The notes under the pieces are model-generated. The model searched no databases and was not told the origin of the DNA. It was given only the letters and a program-made list of their open reading frames with translations. This document shows positions 19,960-28,802 of a stretch of 64,000 nt of DNA, one piece after another. The position numbers were made by a program, and so were the translations under genes. The DNA lies in assembly GCA_963749625.1 (NCBI GenBank), contig CAVVNY010000011.1, forward strand, positions 28,294 to 92,293, in the 5' to 3' direction. Source of the stretch: an uncultured Alphaproteobacteria bacterium. Its GTDB lineage: Bacteria; Pseudomonadota; Alphaproteobacteria; Rhizobiales; Xanthobacteraceae. Position 1 is the first letter of the stretch. Each line of letters begins with the position of its first letter.

Positions 19960-20824
19960 TCATTTCGCCGACAAGTAATCGCGCGTCGCCTCGCCGTATT
20001 GAGCGGCGCGCGTGAGGGTGCTCATCAGCGCGCTAGACGCTACATTCTTGAGCTGGCCTGGGCTGGTGCCTTCGCGCAGCGCTTTCATCGTATCGTAGAC
20101 GGCTTGCACTGCGGCCATGATCGGTGCGTGGCCCTGCAGCGAAATTCGCACGCGCTGGGCTGCAAGATCGGCGCCTGCGAGGTCGCCGCCGACATTGCCG
20201 AGGATCAGCGGCAATTTTGTCGCGGCGGCGACGGCAGCAAGATCCGCCCGGCTTTTCAGTCCGACGATAAAGAGCGCATCGACGCCGGCTTTTTCGTAGG
20301 CGCGTCAACCGCGCCACGGTGTCGTCGATGTTGGAAATTACTGGCGCGCTGGTGCGGCCGATGACGGCGAAGGCTTGATCGGGACGCGCGGCGAGCGCGG
20401 CGCGCATCTTGCCGACGCCTTCTTCCAGCGAAATCAAGCCCGCATTTCCATTGGCGCCGAACGGCACCGGCAAAATCGTGTCTTCGATCGTCGCCGCCGC
20501 AACGCCGACGGTGGCGAGTTCCTCGATGGTGCGAGCGACGTTCAAGGCGTTGCCGTAGCCGTGATCGGCATCGACCAGCAGCGGCAGGCTCATGGCCCGG
20601 CAGACGCGCTGGGCTTGCTGGGCAAATTCGGTCGCCGTCAGCAGCACCAGGTCGGGGGCGCCGAGCACCGTCAGGGAAGCCGTCGACCCGGCCATCATGG
20701 CGAACTCGAAGCCGAGATGTTCGGCAATGCGTGCCGACAGCGGGTCGAACACCGAGGCCGGGTGAATGCACTTGTTGCCGCTCAATATCGCGCGAAATTG
20801 GTCGCGGCGGGCCCGCCATTGCAT
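19960..20824 (-). CDS. Isocitrate lyase/PEP mutase family, oxaloacetate decarboxylase-like; +1 frameshift near 20302
   Basis: SVFDPLSARIA, DADHGYGNALNV, TIEDT; removing one base restores RLT-AYEKAGVD through to the stop at 19960. Confidence 0.82.
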
Positions 20825-21059
20825 CAGATTTCTCCTATATCTTGACCCGGATCCTGTCCGGCTTGGGCGAACGGAAATTTCCCTAGGTTCGTCGGTGGAA
20901 TGTCGAGGGCCGTCGCTCGTCCGGCCATATGAAACGGCAGCGAATCAGCATACACGGCATGAGTAGTCCACAATTTGTGCGTCGGCGTCATTCTGCCCCT
21001 GCTGAGCCGACAGGTCTCATTCGACCGCCTGCCGGTTCGGCGCTCGCCACGGACCACGC

Positions 21060-21296
21060 ATGCCGGCTATGCCAGGCGCGCCTCGCTTCGACGAAATATC
21101 GCGGAAATGGCTTGCTTTTGCCGAGCGGCGGCTGGCGCATTTTGCCGAGCTTTATCGCAGCGGCCGTTGGCAGCGCTACTACACCAAGGAGAGCTTCGCC
21201 TTGCTGATGCATGACGTAATCGGCGCGGTGAAGGCCTGGAAACGGCTGGCTCCCCCGCCGCCGGCCGCCGACAAGACCCGACCCGCATACCGTCGA
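21060..21296 (+). CDS. TIGR03809-like small protein (reads through in frame into cytochrome c)
   Basis: KWLAFAERRLAHFAELYRSGRWQRYY. Confidence 0.7.
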
Positions 21297-21620
21297 ATGA
21301 AAGCCCCTGCGGCAGTTTTTGCGTTGGCGCTGGGCATGACGGCGCTGGCGCAAGCGGCCGCCGCCGCCCCCGATCTCAAGCGCGGCGAAGCGCTGCTCAC
21401 GCGCGCTTGCGGCTCCTGCCATGCGGTCGGCCGCGGCGACAGCGCCGACAAGGGCGCCCCGCCGTTCCGCACGCTCGGCCAGCGCTATCCGGTCGAAGAT
21501 CTGGAAGAAGCCTTGGGCGAGGGCTTCATGTCCGGACATCCCGACATGCCGGAATTCCAGTTTGACGCCGACGACGTCGGTGCCATCATCGCCTATCTGA
21601 AATCGATCCAGCAGCGCTGA
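21297..21620 (+). CDS. Monoheme cytochrome c
   Basis: Signal peptide MKAPAAVFALALG, CGSCH, GHPDMP Met ligand. Confidence 0.88.
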   Translation: MKAPAAVFALALGMTALAQAAAAAPDLKRGEALLTRACGSCHAVGRGDSADKGAPPFRTLGQRYPVEDLEEALGEGFMSGHPDMPEFQFDADDVGAIIAYLKSIQQR

Positions 21621-21624
21621 GCTT

Positions 21625-21673
21625 GCGCATGATCCCGAAAAATGGGAACCGGTTTTCGGAAACGATCCTGCGC
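21625..21673. repeat. Palindromic dispersed element, copy 3
   Basis: GCGCATGATCCCGAAAAATGGGAACCGGTTTTCGGAAACGATCCTGCGC. Confidence 0.85.
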
Positions 21674-21713
21674 CGGCAATAGGGCCCGCTGCCACCTTCG
21701 AGTTGTCCATCCC

Positions 21714-22814
21714 ATGACCAGTACGCTGTTCTCGCCTTTCTCCTTGGCCGGCCTCGAACTTGCCAACCGCATCGTGGTCGCGCCCATGTGCCAGTATTCG
21801 GGCGACGACGGCTGCGCCAATGATTGGCACATGATGCATCTCGGCATGCTGGCGAATTCCGGTGCCGCGCTGGTGGTGGTGGAGGCGACCCATGTCGAGC
21901 GCCATGGCCGCATCACGCATGGCTGCCTGGGGCTTTATTCTGATGACAACGAAGCGGCGCTGGCGCGCGTCATCCGGCAAGTGCGGCGGCTCGGCACTGC
22001 CAAGTTCGGCATCCAGATCGCCCATTCCGGCCGCAAGGGCTCGGCGCAGCGGCCCTGGGAAGGCGGCGGCTCACTGCCACCCGACGCCGATCCGTGGCCG
22101 ACGATTGCCGCCTCGCCGATCCCGTTCGGCGCCGGCTGGCACACGCCGCGCGAAGTGACGGAAGCCGATATGGACCGCGTGCGCGCAGCTTTCGTCTCCG
22201 CCGCGCAACGCGCGCTGCGCATTGGCTTCGACGAGATCGAGCTGCATTTCGCGCACGGCTATCTGGCGCACGGCTTCATGTCGCCGCTCTCCAACAAGCG
22301 CACCGACCAATATGGCGGCTCTTTCGAGAACCGCCTGCGCTTTCCGCTGTCGATCGCGCGCGCGGTGCGCGCCGTGGTGCCAAAGGGCGTACCGCTCGGC
22401 GCGCGCATCACCGGCAGCGATTGGCGCGAGGGCGGGCTAACCGCCAACGATGCGGTGGCCATTTCCAAGGCGCTCAAGGCCGAGGGCCTCGATTTCATCT
22501 GCATCTCGTCCGGCGGCGTCGCCGCCGACATCCGCAACCCGACCGAGCCCGGCTACAACGTGCCGATCGCCGCGCGGGTGAAACGGGAGGCCGGGATTGC
22601 CACGCGCACCGTCGGCCTGATCATCAAGCCCGAACACGCCGAAGCGATCGTGGCGAAAGGCGAGGCTGACCTCGTGTCGATGGCGCGCTGCTTCCTCGAC
22701 GATCCGCATTGGGGCTGGCACGCCGCCAAGGCGCTCGGCGCCGATGTCGCCCGCCCGCCGCAATATGCGCGCGCCGGACCCAAGCTGTGGGCGCCGGCTG
22801 CTGCGAAGGCCTAG
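21714..22814 (+). CDS. NADH:flavin oxidoreductase (old yellow enzyme family)
   Basis: NRIVVAPMCQYS, QIAHSGRK, HFAHGYL, NKRTDQYGG. Confidence 0.93.
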   Translation: MTSTLFSPFSLAGLELANRIVVAPMCQYSGDDGCANDWHMMHLGMLANSGAALVVVEATHVERHGRITHGCLGLYSDDNEAALARVIRQVRRLGTAKFGIQIAHSGRKGSAQRPWEGGGSLPPDADPWPTIAASPIPFGAGWHTPREVTEADMDRVRAAFVSAAQRALRIGFDEIELHFAHGYLAHGFMSPLSNKRTDQYGGSFENRLRFPLSIARAVRAVVPKGVPLGARITGSDWREGGLTANDAVAISKALKAEGLDFICISSGGVAADIRNPTEPGYNVPIAARVKREAGIATRTVGLIIKPEHAEAIVAKGEADLVSMARCFLDDPHWGWHAAKALGADVARPPQYARAGPKLWAPAAAKA

Positions 22815-22817
22815 CGG

Positions 22818-23663
22818 TTGGAAAACCTCGTCTTCCTTGCCGTTCTGTTCGCGGCGCTCTGCCATGCAGGCTGGAATGCGCTGATCAAGATCGGGCTCGA
22901 CCCGCTCTCGACCACTACGCTGATTTCGATCGGCTCCGGCGCGGTGGCGCTGGTGTTGCTGCCGCTCGTCGGCTTGCCGGCCTCAGCGGCCTGGCCTTGG
23001 CTGATCGCATCCGTGATCATCCATCTGTTTTATTTCGCCGCGTTGATCGAAGCCTACCGTACCGGCGATCTCGGCCAAGTCTATCCAATCGCGCGCGGCT
23101 CGGCGCCGCTGATGACGGCGACGGCAACCACCTTCTTCGTCGGCGAAAAACTCAGCCTCATCGGCTGGGCCGGCATCGTCGCGCTGGTGGCCGGCGTGTT
23201 CCTGTTATCGGCGCGCGGCGGCCGCGATCTGGTCAAGATCGACCGCCGCGCCGTCGGCTTCGCGCTCATGACGGCGCTCACCATCTGCGCCTATTCGGTG
23301 GTGGACGGCATCGGCGCGCGGCTTGCCGGCAACCCGAACGCCTATTCGCTTTCACTGTTCGTCGGCATTGCGCTGGTGATGGTACCTTACGCGCTCTACC
23401 GCGACGGCCGCGACGTCCTTCCGGCGATGCAGCGTTATTGGCGGCGCGGGCTCGCCGGCGGCGCGCTGCAAACGTTGTCCTATGCCATCGCGCTGTGGGC
23501 CATGACGCTGGCGCCGATCGCCATCGTCGCCACCTTGCGCGAGACCAGCGTGTTGTTCGGTGCGGCGATCGCCGTCGTCGTCCTCAAGGAGCCGCTGCGC
23601 CTCACGCGGATCGGCGCCGCGTTTATGATCCTGTGTGGGTTGGTGCTACTGCGGCTGCAGTAA
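22818..23663 (+). CDS. EamA/DMT family transporter
   Basis: HAGWNALIK, VYPIARG, LRETSVLF; about 10 TM segments; TTG start. Confidence 0.9.
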   Translation: MENLVFLAVLFAALCHAGWNALIKIGLDPLSTTTLISIGSGAVALVLLPLVGLPASAAWPWLIASVIIHLFYFAALIEAYRTGDLGQVYPIARGSAPLMTATATTFFVGEKLSLIGWAGIVALVAGVFLLSARGGRDLVKIDRRAVGFALMTALTICAYSVVDGIGARLAGNPNAYSLSLFVGIALVMVPYALYRDGRDVLPAMQRYWRRGLAGGALQTLSYAIALWAMTLAPIAIVATLRETSVLFGAAIAVVVLKEPLRLTRIGAAFMILCGLVLLRLQ

Positions 23664-24284
23664 TCAAAGCGCCAGCTCCGGAAATACCTTTTCGCAACGG
23701 GCAAGATCAGCTTCGGTGTCGACGTCCCACAGCACCGGCAGTTCGATGGCCTTAAGGTCAAGGGCAGCAGTACGCGCCCGCGTTTCCTGCGTGACTGACG
23801 CGGTGCCCCAGGTGATCCCGTCGAACAGGCGCAGGTGGGCGGCGCGCGCCCCGATCAGCACGTAACCGCCGTCCTCGGCCGGCACCAGGACGACCTCGGC
23901 CTCGGTCAGCGCCTTGGCGGCGGCGCGCAAAATCTCCGCCGTGAAGGCCGGGCAATCGGTGCCGATCACCAGCGTCGGGCCGTTGGTGGCGCCGATCGCG
24001 CCCAGCATGCGGTCGCCGAGATCGCCGTCCGGCTGCTGTTTGAGGACGATCGGAAACCGCGCCGCCAGATTCTGAAACGAGGCATGCGTAAAATCCGGCG
24101 TGCACCACAGCGTCACCGGGCCGATATCGGCGGCCACCGCCGTTTCGACCGTGCGTTCGGTTAGCCGCTCCTGCAGCACCGCCGCCGCATGCGCGCCGAT
24201 CGAAGGAATCAGGCGTGTCTTGGCCAGGCCAGGCATCGGCGCTTTCGCCAGGATGGCGATGGCGACCGGACTAGCGTTCGGCAT
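23664..24284 (-). CDS. TIGR04282/DUF2064 family (glycosyl/nucleotidyltransferase fold, ArsS-cluster associated)
   Basis: AKAP..G.AKTRL, Q..GDLG.RM, IGTDCP, PAEDGGYVLIG, WDVD. Confidence 0.88.
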   Translation of the reverse strand: MPNASPVAIAILAKAPMPGLAKTRLIPSIGAHAAAVLQERLTERTVETAVAADIGPVTLWCTPDFTHASFQNLAARFPIVLKQQPDGDLGDRMLGAIGATNGPTLVIGTDCPAFTAEILRAAAKALTEAEVVLVPAEDGGYVLIGARAAHLRLFDGITWGTASVTQETRARTAALDLKAIELPVLWDVDTEADLARCEKVFPELAL

Positions 24285-24954
24285 AGCCGTAAGCTTGCGC
24301 GAGGTGGATCGGATCGGCGCCAAAATAAAAAGCGAGCCGCAGCTTCCACATCAGCAAGATGGTGCGCAGCACGCCATGCCGCTGCCAGCGCCGCGCCGAG
24401 GTGGTGACGCGCGCGGCAAGGCAAAGCGGTCGCCTGATGCGTTTGAGCCGGGCCGAAAGCGCGACGTCTTCCATCAGGGCGATCGGCGGAAAACCGCCCG
24501 TGTCCTCGAACGCCGCGCGCGTCATGAACATCGCCTGGTCGCCGGTGGCGATGCCGGTGGCGCGCGAGCGCCAATTCATCATCGTTGCGACCCAAGCGAG
24601 CAGGCCGCCGCCGTCGAAACGTACGTCGAAGCGCCCCCAGCCGCGGCCGGAACGCGCGAGGCCGTCGCACACCAGCCGGTCGGCATTTTCCGGCAGCCGC
24701 GTGTCGGCATGGAGGAACACCAGCACGTCGCCGCACGCGGCCGCGGCGCCCGCATTCATTTGCGTCGCGCGCCCGCGCGGCGCCGACAGCACGCGGTCGG
24801 CGAGCGGACGCGCCAAGTCGGCAGTGCCGTCGCGGCTGCCGCCATCGACGACGATCAGTTCGACGCCGCGGGCGCGATAGGGCGCCAGCGCCGATAGCGC
24901 TGCTGCGATATCCGCGGCTTCGTTGAGCACCGGCATGACGATGGAGAGTTTCAT
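24271..24954 (-). CDS. TIGR04283 family GT2 glycosyltransferase
   Basis: SIVMPVLNE, VVDGGSRD, QMNAGA, FLHADT, TGDQ, LMED, TSARRW. Confidence 0.9.
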   Translation of the reverse strand: MKLSIVMPVLNEAADIAAALSALAPYRARGVELIVVDGGSRDGTADLARPLADRVLSAPRGRATQMNAGAAAACGDVLVFLHADTRLPENADRLVCDGLARSGRGWGRFDVRFDGGGLLAWVATMMNWRSRATGIATGDQAMFMTRAAFEDTGGFPPIALMEDVALSARLKRIRRPLCLAARVTTSARRWQRHGVLRTILLMWKLRLAFYFGADPIHLAQAYGYAER

Positions 24955-25908
24955 GGCCCCGCCGCCTGCGCGATCCGGTAGTCCGGCCCGTCTCATGATG
25001 CGCGCATGATATGACGCGTATGCGGGCGTGCCCCGCGGCCAGCGCTTTTGGAAGCGGCCGAGAAAGGCGTCGTGATCATAGGGCAGGGCAATGGCGTCGA
25101 TGTGAACGCCGCCGCGCTCAACGCCATAGAGACGCGGATGCGGCGACACTGCGGTGGCGATGCGCGTGACCAGACCAAAGCGCGTGCCGCTGAAATTCGG
25201 CATACCGGCGGCGCCATTGTTGATGATCGTCAGCCGCCCGTGCGCAAACGAAAAATCGCGCAAGGCGGCAAGACATGTGTGGGTCGAAGCGAAAACGTCG
25301 ACTTTCGCCGCCGCGTGCACGTCGCCAAGCCAGGTCCGCCGCTTCGGATTGTCGAGCTCGTCATGGGCAAAGCGCCAGCCAGCGAGCGCCCCCGCGTCGC
25401 CATGTACGATGCCGATACGCAAGGGCCCGACCGTCGCCACCAGATGCATTGGCAGGCCGGCAAGCCGTCCGCGCGCTGCGGCCGGCGCTGCTCCTTGCAG
25501 CAGCGCGAGAATCTCATTCGAGCGCGCCACCACGTCGCCCGGCACGCTCGGCGGATAGGCGCAGCCGCAGCCGGCGCCGATGTCGCCCGGCCGGGCGATT
25601 TCCGTCTCCACATTGCCGCGCAGCGCCGTATGGTGCGTGACGCGCCGTTCGACGCTTGCGAACCACTCCGGCTCGGCGTCGAACCAATGATAATCGCCGT
25701 TGAAAACGACGCGAGAGGCACCGCGTTCGGCCGCCGTCAGGCGCTCGACCGCATCGAGCGCGGCAAGATTGCCGTAGATCCCGCCCACGACATAAAGCGT
25801 GTCGGTGGTCAGATCGGCCGGCCGGTCGAACACCGATGGCGCATAGGTGTAGTCGACCGGGCAGACCCGGCCGGCGGCAAGCCATTCGGTTGCGGCGCCG
25901 GCGTTCAT
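24951..25908 (-). CDS. Degenerate calcineurin-like metallophosphoesterase-fold protein; +1 indel near 24993 fuses it to the next gene in the ORF track
   Basis: GGIYGN, FNGD, RGNVE, VHGD, STHTC; removing one base gives IM-DGPDYRIAQAAGP-stop, overlapping the GT start (ATGA). Confidence 0.7.
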
Positions 25909-26876
25909 TCCGCCGCCTGTTCCAAAGCGCCGCCGCAGCTCGAGCCTTGCCCGGCGGTGCAGCCATAGCAGTGGCCGGCGACGCGGATCGGGTTGCCCGC
26001 GATGTCCTCGTCGAGGAGATCGGACAAATGCACGCGCGGGCGCTGGCCCCGTGCCAGCGGAAGATCGAGCATCTGATTGAAGTCGCAGTCATAGACCAAG
26101 CCGCGCCAATCGACCGAAATCAGATTGCGGCACATCACGCCGTCGAGATTGGCGTCAAGATGGGCGTCTTGCAGCAATTGCAGATAGCCATCGAACTCGC
26201 CTTTGTTGATCAATATGGTGCCGAAGCGCTGGATCGGCATGTTGGCGAGCACGAACAATTTGTTGAAGACGATGCCGTAGGTCTCGCCCAGCACGCGCTT
26301 GTAGTCGGCTTCGAGCGAAGCCTGCGGCGGCGGCAGCGCCGGCCCTTGCGGATTGTAGACGAGATTGAGCGTGAGCGCGGAATCGCGCCCGAAGCCGAGC
26401 GCGTTGAGTTTCTTCAGGCCGCGGATCGAGCCGTCGAACACGCCCTTGCCGCGCTGGCGCTCCACATTGTCCTGCAGATAGCACGGCATCGACGCGACGA
26501 CCTCGACGCGGTTCTCCGCCAGAAACTCCGCGAGGTCTTCCTGGCCCGGCTGCTCCAACACGGTGAGATTGCAGCGGTCCATTACCTTGACGCCGAGCTT
26601 GTGCGCGCCGGTCACCAGGCGGCGGAAATTCGCATTGAGTTCAGGCGCGCCGCCAGTGATGTCGAGCGTCGTTATGTTCCGCCGCGCCAGAAAATCGAGC
26701 ACGACGTCGGCGACCTCGGCCGACATCTCCTCGGCGCGGTTCGGCCCGGCGTTGACGTGGCAGTGGAAGCACGACTGGTTGCAGCGATAGCCGACATTGA
26801 TCTGCAGGGTGTCGAGCCGGCCGCGTCGGATGGTGGGGAATGCGATTTTTTCGAGCAGCGGCCGCGTATCGCGCAT
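25905..26876 (-). CDS. arsS: ArsS-type radical SAM protein (arsenosugar-biosynthesis family), Cys variant
   Basis: CNQSCFHC, LDITGGAPELN, MDRCNLT, YDCDFNQM, C-terminal HCYGCTAGQGSSCGG. Confidence 0.9.
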   Translation of the reverse strand: MRDTRPLLEKIAFPTIRRGRLDTLQINVGYRCNQSCFHCHVNAGPNRAEEMSAEVADVVLDFLARRNITTLDITGGAPELNANFRRLVTGAHKLGVKVMDRCNLTVLEQPGQEDLAEFLAENRVEVVASMPCYLQDNVERQRGKGVFDGSIRGLKKLNALGFGRDSALTLNLVYNPQGPALPPPQASLEADYKRVLGETYGIVFNKLFVLANMPIQRFGTILINKGEFDGYLQLLQDAHLDANLDGVMCRNLISVDWRGLVYDCDFNQMLDLPLARGQRPRVHLSDLLDEDIAGNPIRVAGHCYGCTAGQGSSCGGALEQAAE

Positions 26877-26969
26877 GGGAATCCTTGGTTGCCCGCAACT
26901 TGCCACGGGCCGCGCCGCCGCGTCACCCCCACATAAAGTCACATCGAGACAAATCGCCGTGAGCGCGCG

Positions 26970-27884
26970 CTAGGCGGAATCCTTGGGTGAATCGAGGCCG
27001 AGCAGATAGGCCGGATTGGTGTGCGTCATCGTACGAACGTCCTCTTCGCTCATGCCGTGCCGCAGCAGTGTCGAAATGAACATCCGCATGCCTTCTGCGG
27101 GCGAGGGATGGTAGGCGACGCCGAGGTCGGTGCCGAGGACGCATTGCTGCGGCCCGGTGGCGCGGATCATCTCGACCATCTCGGAGGGGTGGATGATGTC
27201 GCGGTGCGCCGGCAGGCAGCAAAGAATGCAGTGCTCGATATAGGCGCCGCGGCGCGCCAGCGCGACGATCTGGTCGCGGGTCAAGGCTTCCTCGACCACG
27301 TGCCGTTCCAGCGCATGCGTGATGATGACCTTTTTCAGGCCGATCCGTTCGCACTCGTCCATCAGCGCGAAGGTTTCCGCCGGCGTCACATGGCCGGTTG
27401 CCAGCACCATGTCGTGCTTCTTGATGGCGGCAATAATTTGGACCGCCTCCGGCAACAGGCGCCCTTCCGCGTCGATCACCTTGAGACCGTCGCTCTTGAT
27501 ATCGAGCCCGAGCGATTTCGATACTTTGCGGATCGAATTCGCCGCGCTGAAAGTCGGCATCCATGCGACCTTGGCGCCAAGCTCAGCTGAACATTCCAGC
27601 GCGTGGATGTTGAGGCCGCCGGCTTCGATGTCGAGGCAGACGCTGGAGACGACTTCGACGTTCGGCGCGAGGCTGCGCGCGGCATGCGCGCACGGCGCCG
27701 TCGGGTACGAATGGCTCTTGAGCACGATCGCGCGCATGCCGGCTTCCTGCGCATGCAGGGCGGCCATGTTGAAGTCGAGCCGGCGCGGCAGCAGCGGATC
27801 GGGCGCGAAATGCAGGTGCATGTCGACCGAACCTGCCAGCAAATCGTTGATCTGCGCGAAGGTCACAAAACGCGATTTGGCCAT
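26970..27884 (-). CDS. Amidohydrolase-fold metalloprotein, DUF6282-like
   Basis: DMHLH, VLKSH, WMPT, LATGH, ITH, GTDLG. Confidence 0.75.
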   Translation of the reverse strand: MAKSRFVTFAQINDLLAGSVDMHLHFAPDPLLPRRLDFNMAALHAQEAGMRAIVLKSHSYPTAPCAHAARSLAPNVEVVSSVCLDIEAGGLNIHALECSAELGAKVAWMPTFSAANSIRKVSKSLGLDIKSDGLKVIDAEGRLLPEAVQIIAAIKKHDMVLATGHVTPAETFALMDECERIGLKKVIITHALERHVVEEALTRDQIVALARRGAYIEHCILCCLPAHRDIIHPSEMVEMIRATGPQQCVLGTDLGVAYHPSPAEGMRMFISTLLRHGMSEEDVRTMTHTNPAYLLGLDSPKDSA

Positions 27885-27982
27885 GGCCAGCCTTTCTCGC
27901 CGCTATCGTGGGTTGCGCACGATCTTAGCCGAAAACCGGCGCCCGCCCAGGGCCCCGTCGGCGGGCTCGGCTCGGTTGTGGG

Positions 27983-28762
27983 CTAGCGCGCGAGCGCGGT
28001 GGCGACCGGGGATTCGACGCCGATGCGGCCAAATCCCGGCAGCTTGACGCCGGGATGGCGCAGATCGAGCCCGGCCACCAGTCCGAACAGGTCGAGTTCG
28101 ATGCCCTCGACCCAGCCAAGCTTCACGGCGGCGAAACCGTACACGTTGATCTCCACGCCGGTGCCGCTGTCGGTGCGCCCGGCATAAAAGCGGTCGCGGA
28201 AGTCGCGGCCGACCGCGTTCGGCGGCAGCGCCACGCCGAGTTCCGGCACCGCACGCAGGATCGCCGCGGTGAAGCTGTTGCTGTTCGGGCCCGGCCAGAT
28301 GCGGTAGTCGCCGGCCCGGTTGAACCGATAGGCCTCGACCGCCGCCTCGATGCGCGGGACCAGCTTTTCCGCGTCGGGTCCGGAAACATCGGCGATCGCC
28401 ACCGGCCTATTGCCGAACCAGAGGCCATCCGGCGGCCAGCCGTTGGTGCGCACCGGGTTGCCCCAGCCGACCACGTCGTAGCGCGTCCATTCGCTAGCGC
28501 CAGCGGGCTTGAGCACGATCCAGCTATGGACCGAGAAAATGCCCTTCCAGGCGCCGGTCGTGGCCGTAAACACCATGACGCGCGCCGGCTTGTTGTCGGC
28601 GGCCTTCGGCAGCATGCCGGTGCTGGACCAGTTGGCATCGCGCCACGAACGCGGGCCATTGCTGGCCGCATAGAGCGCGGCGCGGGCGAGGAGCGGCACA
28701 AGAAATACGGCAACGATCGCAAGCATGATGAGCTTTCGGCGGGAAGGGCGGTTGGCCGGCAT
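27983..28762 (-). CDS. DUF3750 domain protein
   Basis: WKGIFSVHSW, RYDVVGWG, YRIWPGPNSNSF (His/Cys-less NlpC-like arrangement). Confidence 0.8.
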   Translation of the reverse strand: MPANRPSRRKLIMLAIVAVFLVPLLARAALYAASNGPRSWRDANWSSTGMLPKAADNKPARVMVFTATTGAWKGIFSVHSWIVLKPAGASEWTRYDVVGWGNPVRTNGWPPDGLWFGNRPVAIADVSGPDAEKLVPRIEAAVEAYRFNRAGDYRIWPGPNSNSFTAAILRAVPELGVALPPNAVGRDFRDRFYAGRTDSGTGVEINVYGFAAVKLGWVEGIELDLFGLVAGLDLRHPGVKLPGFGRIGVESPVATALAR

Positions 28763-28802
28763 AAGATGCAGATAGGGACGCATTCCGGCTGAAAGGTGGC
28801 GG

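Noticed and set aside
12201-21673. CRISPR array from the palindromic repeats
   Set aside because: Copies are kilobases apart with no spacer periodicity and no cas genes.
24271-25908. 545-aa phosphoesterase-GT2 fusion in the ORF track
   Set aside because: Removing one base near 24993 gives a natural C-terminus whose TGA overlaps the GT ATG (ATGA). It fits the window-wide +1 error pattern.
25920-25945. Selenocysteine in the ArsS C-terminal motif
   Set aside because: The codon is TGC (GSSCGG) and there is no in-frame TGA.
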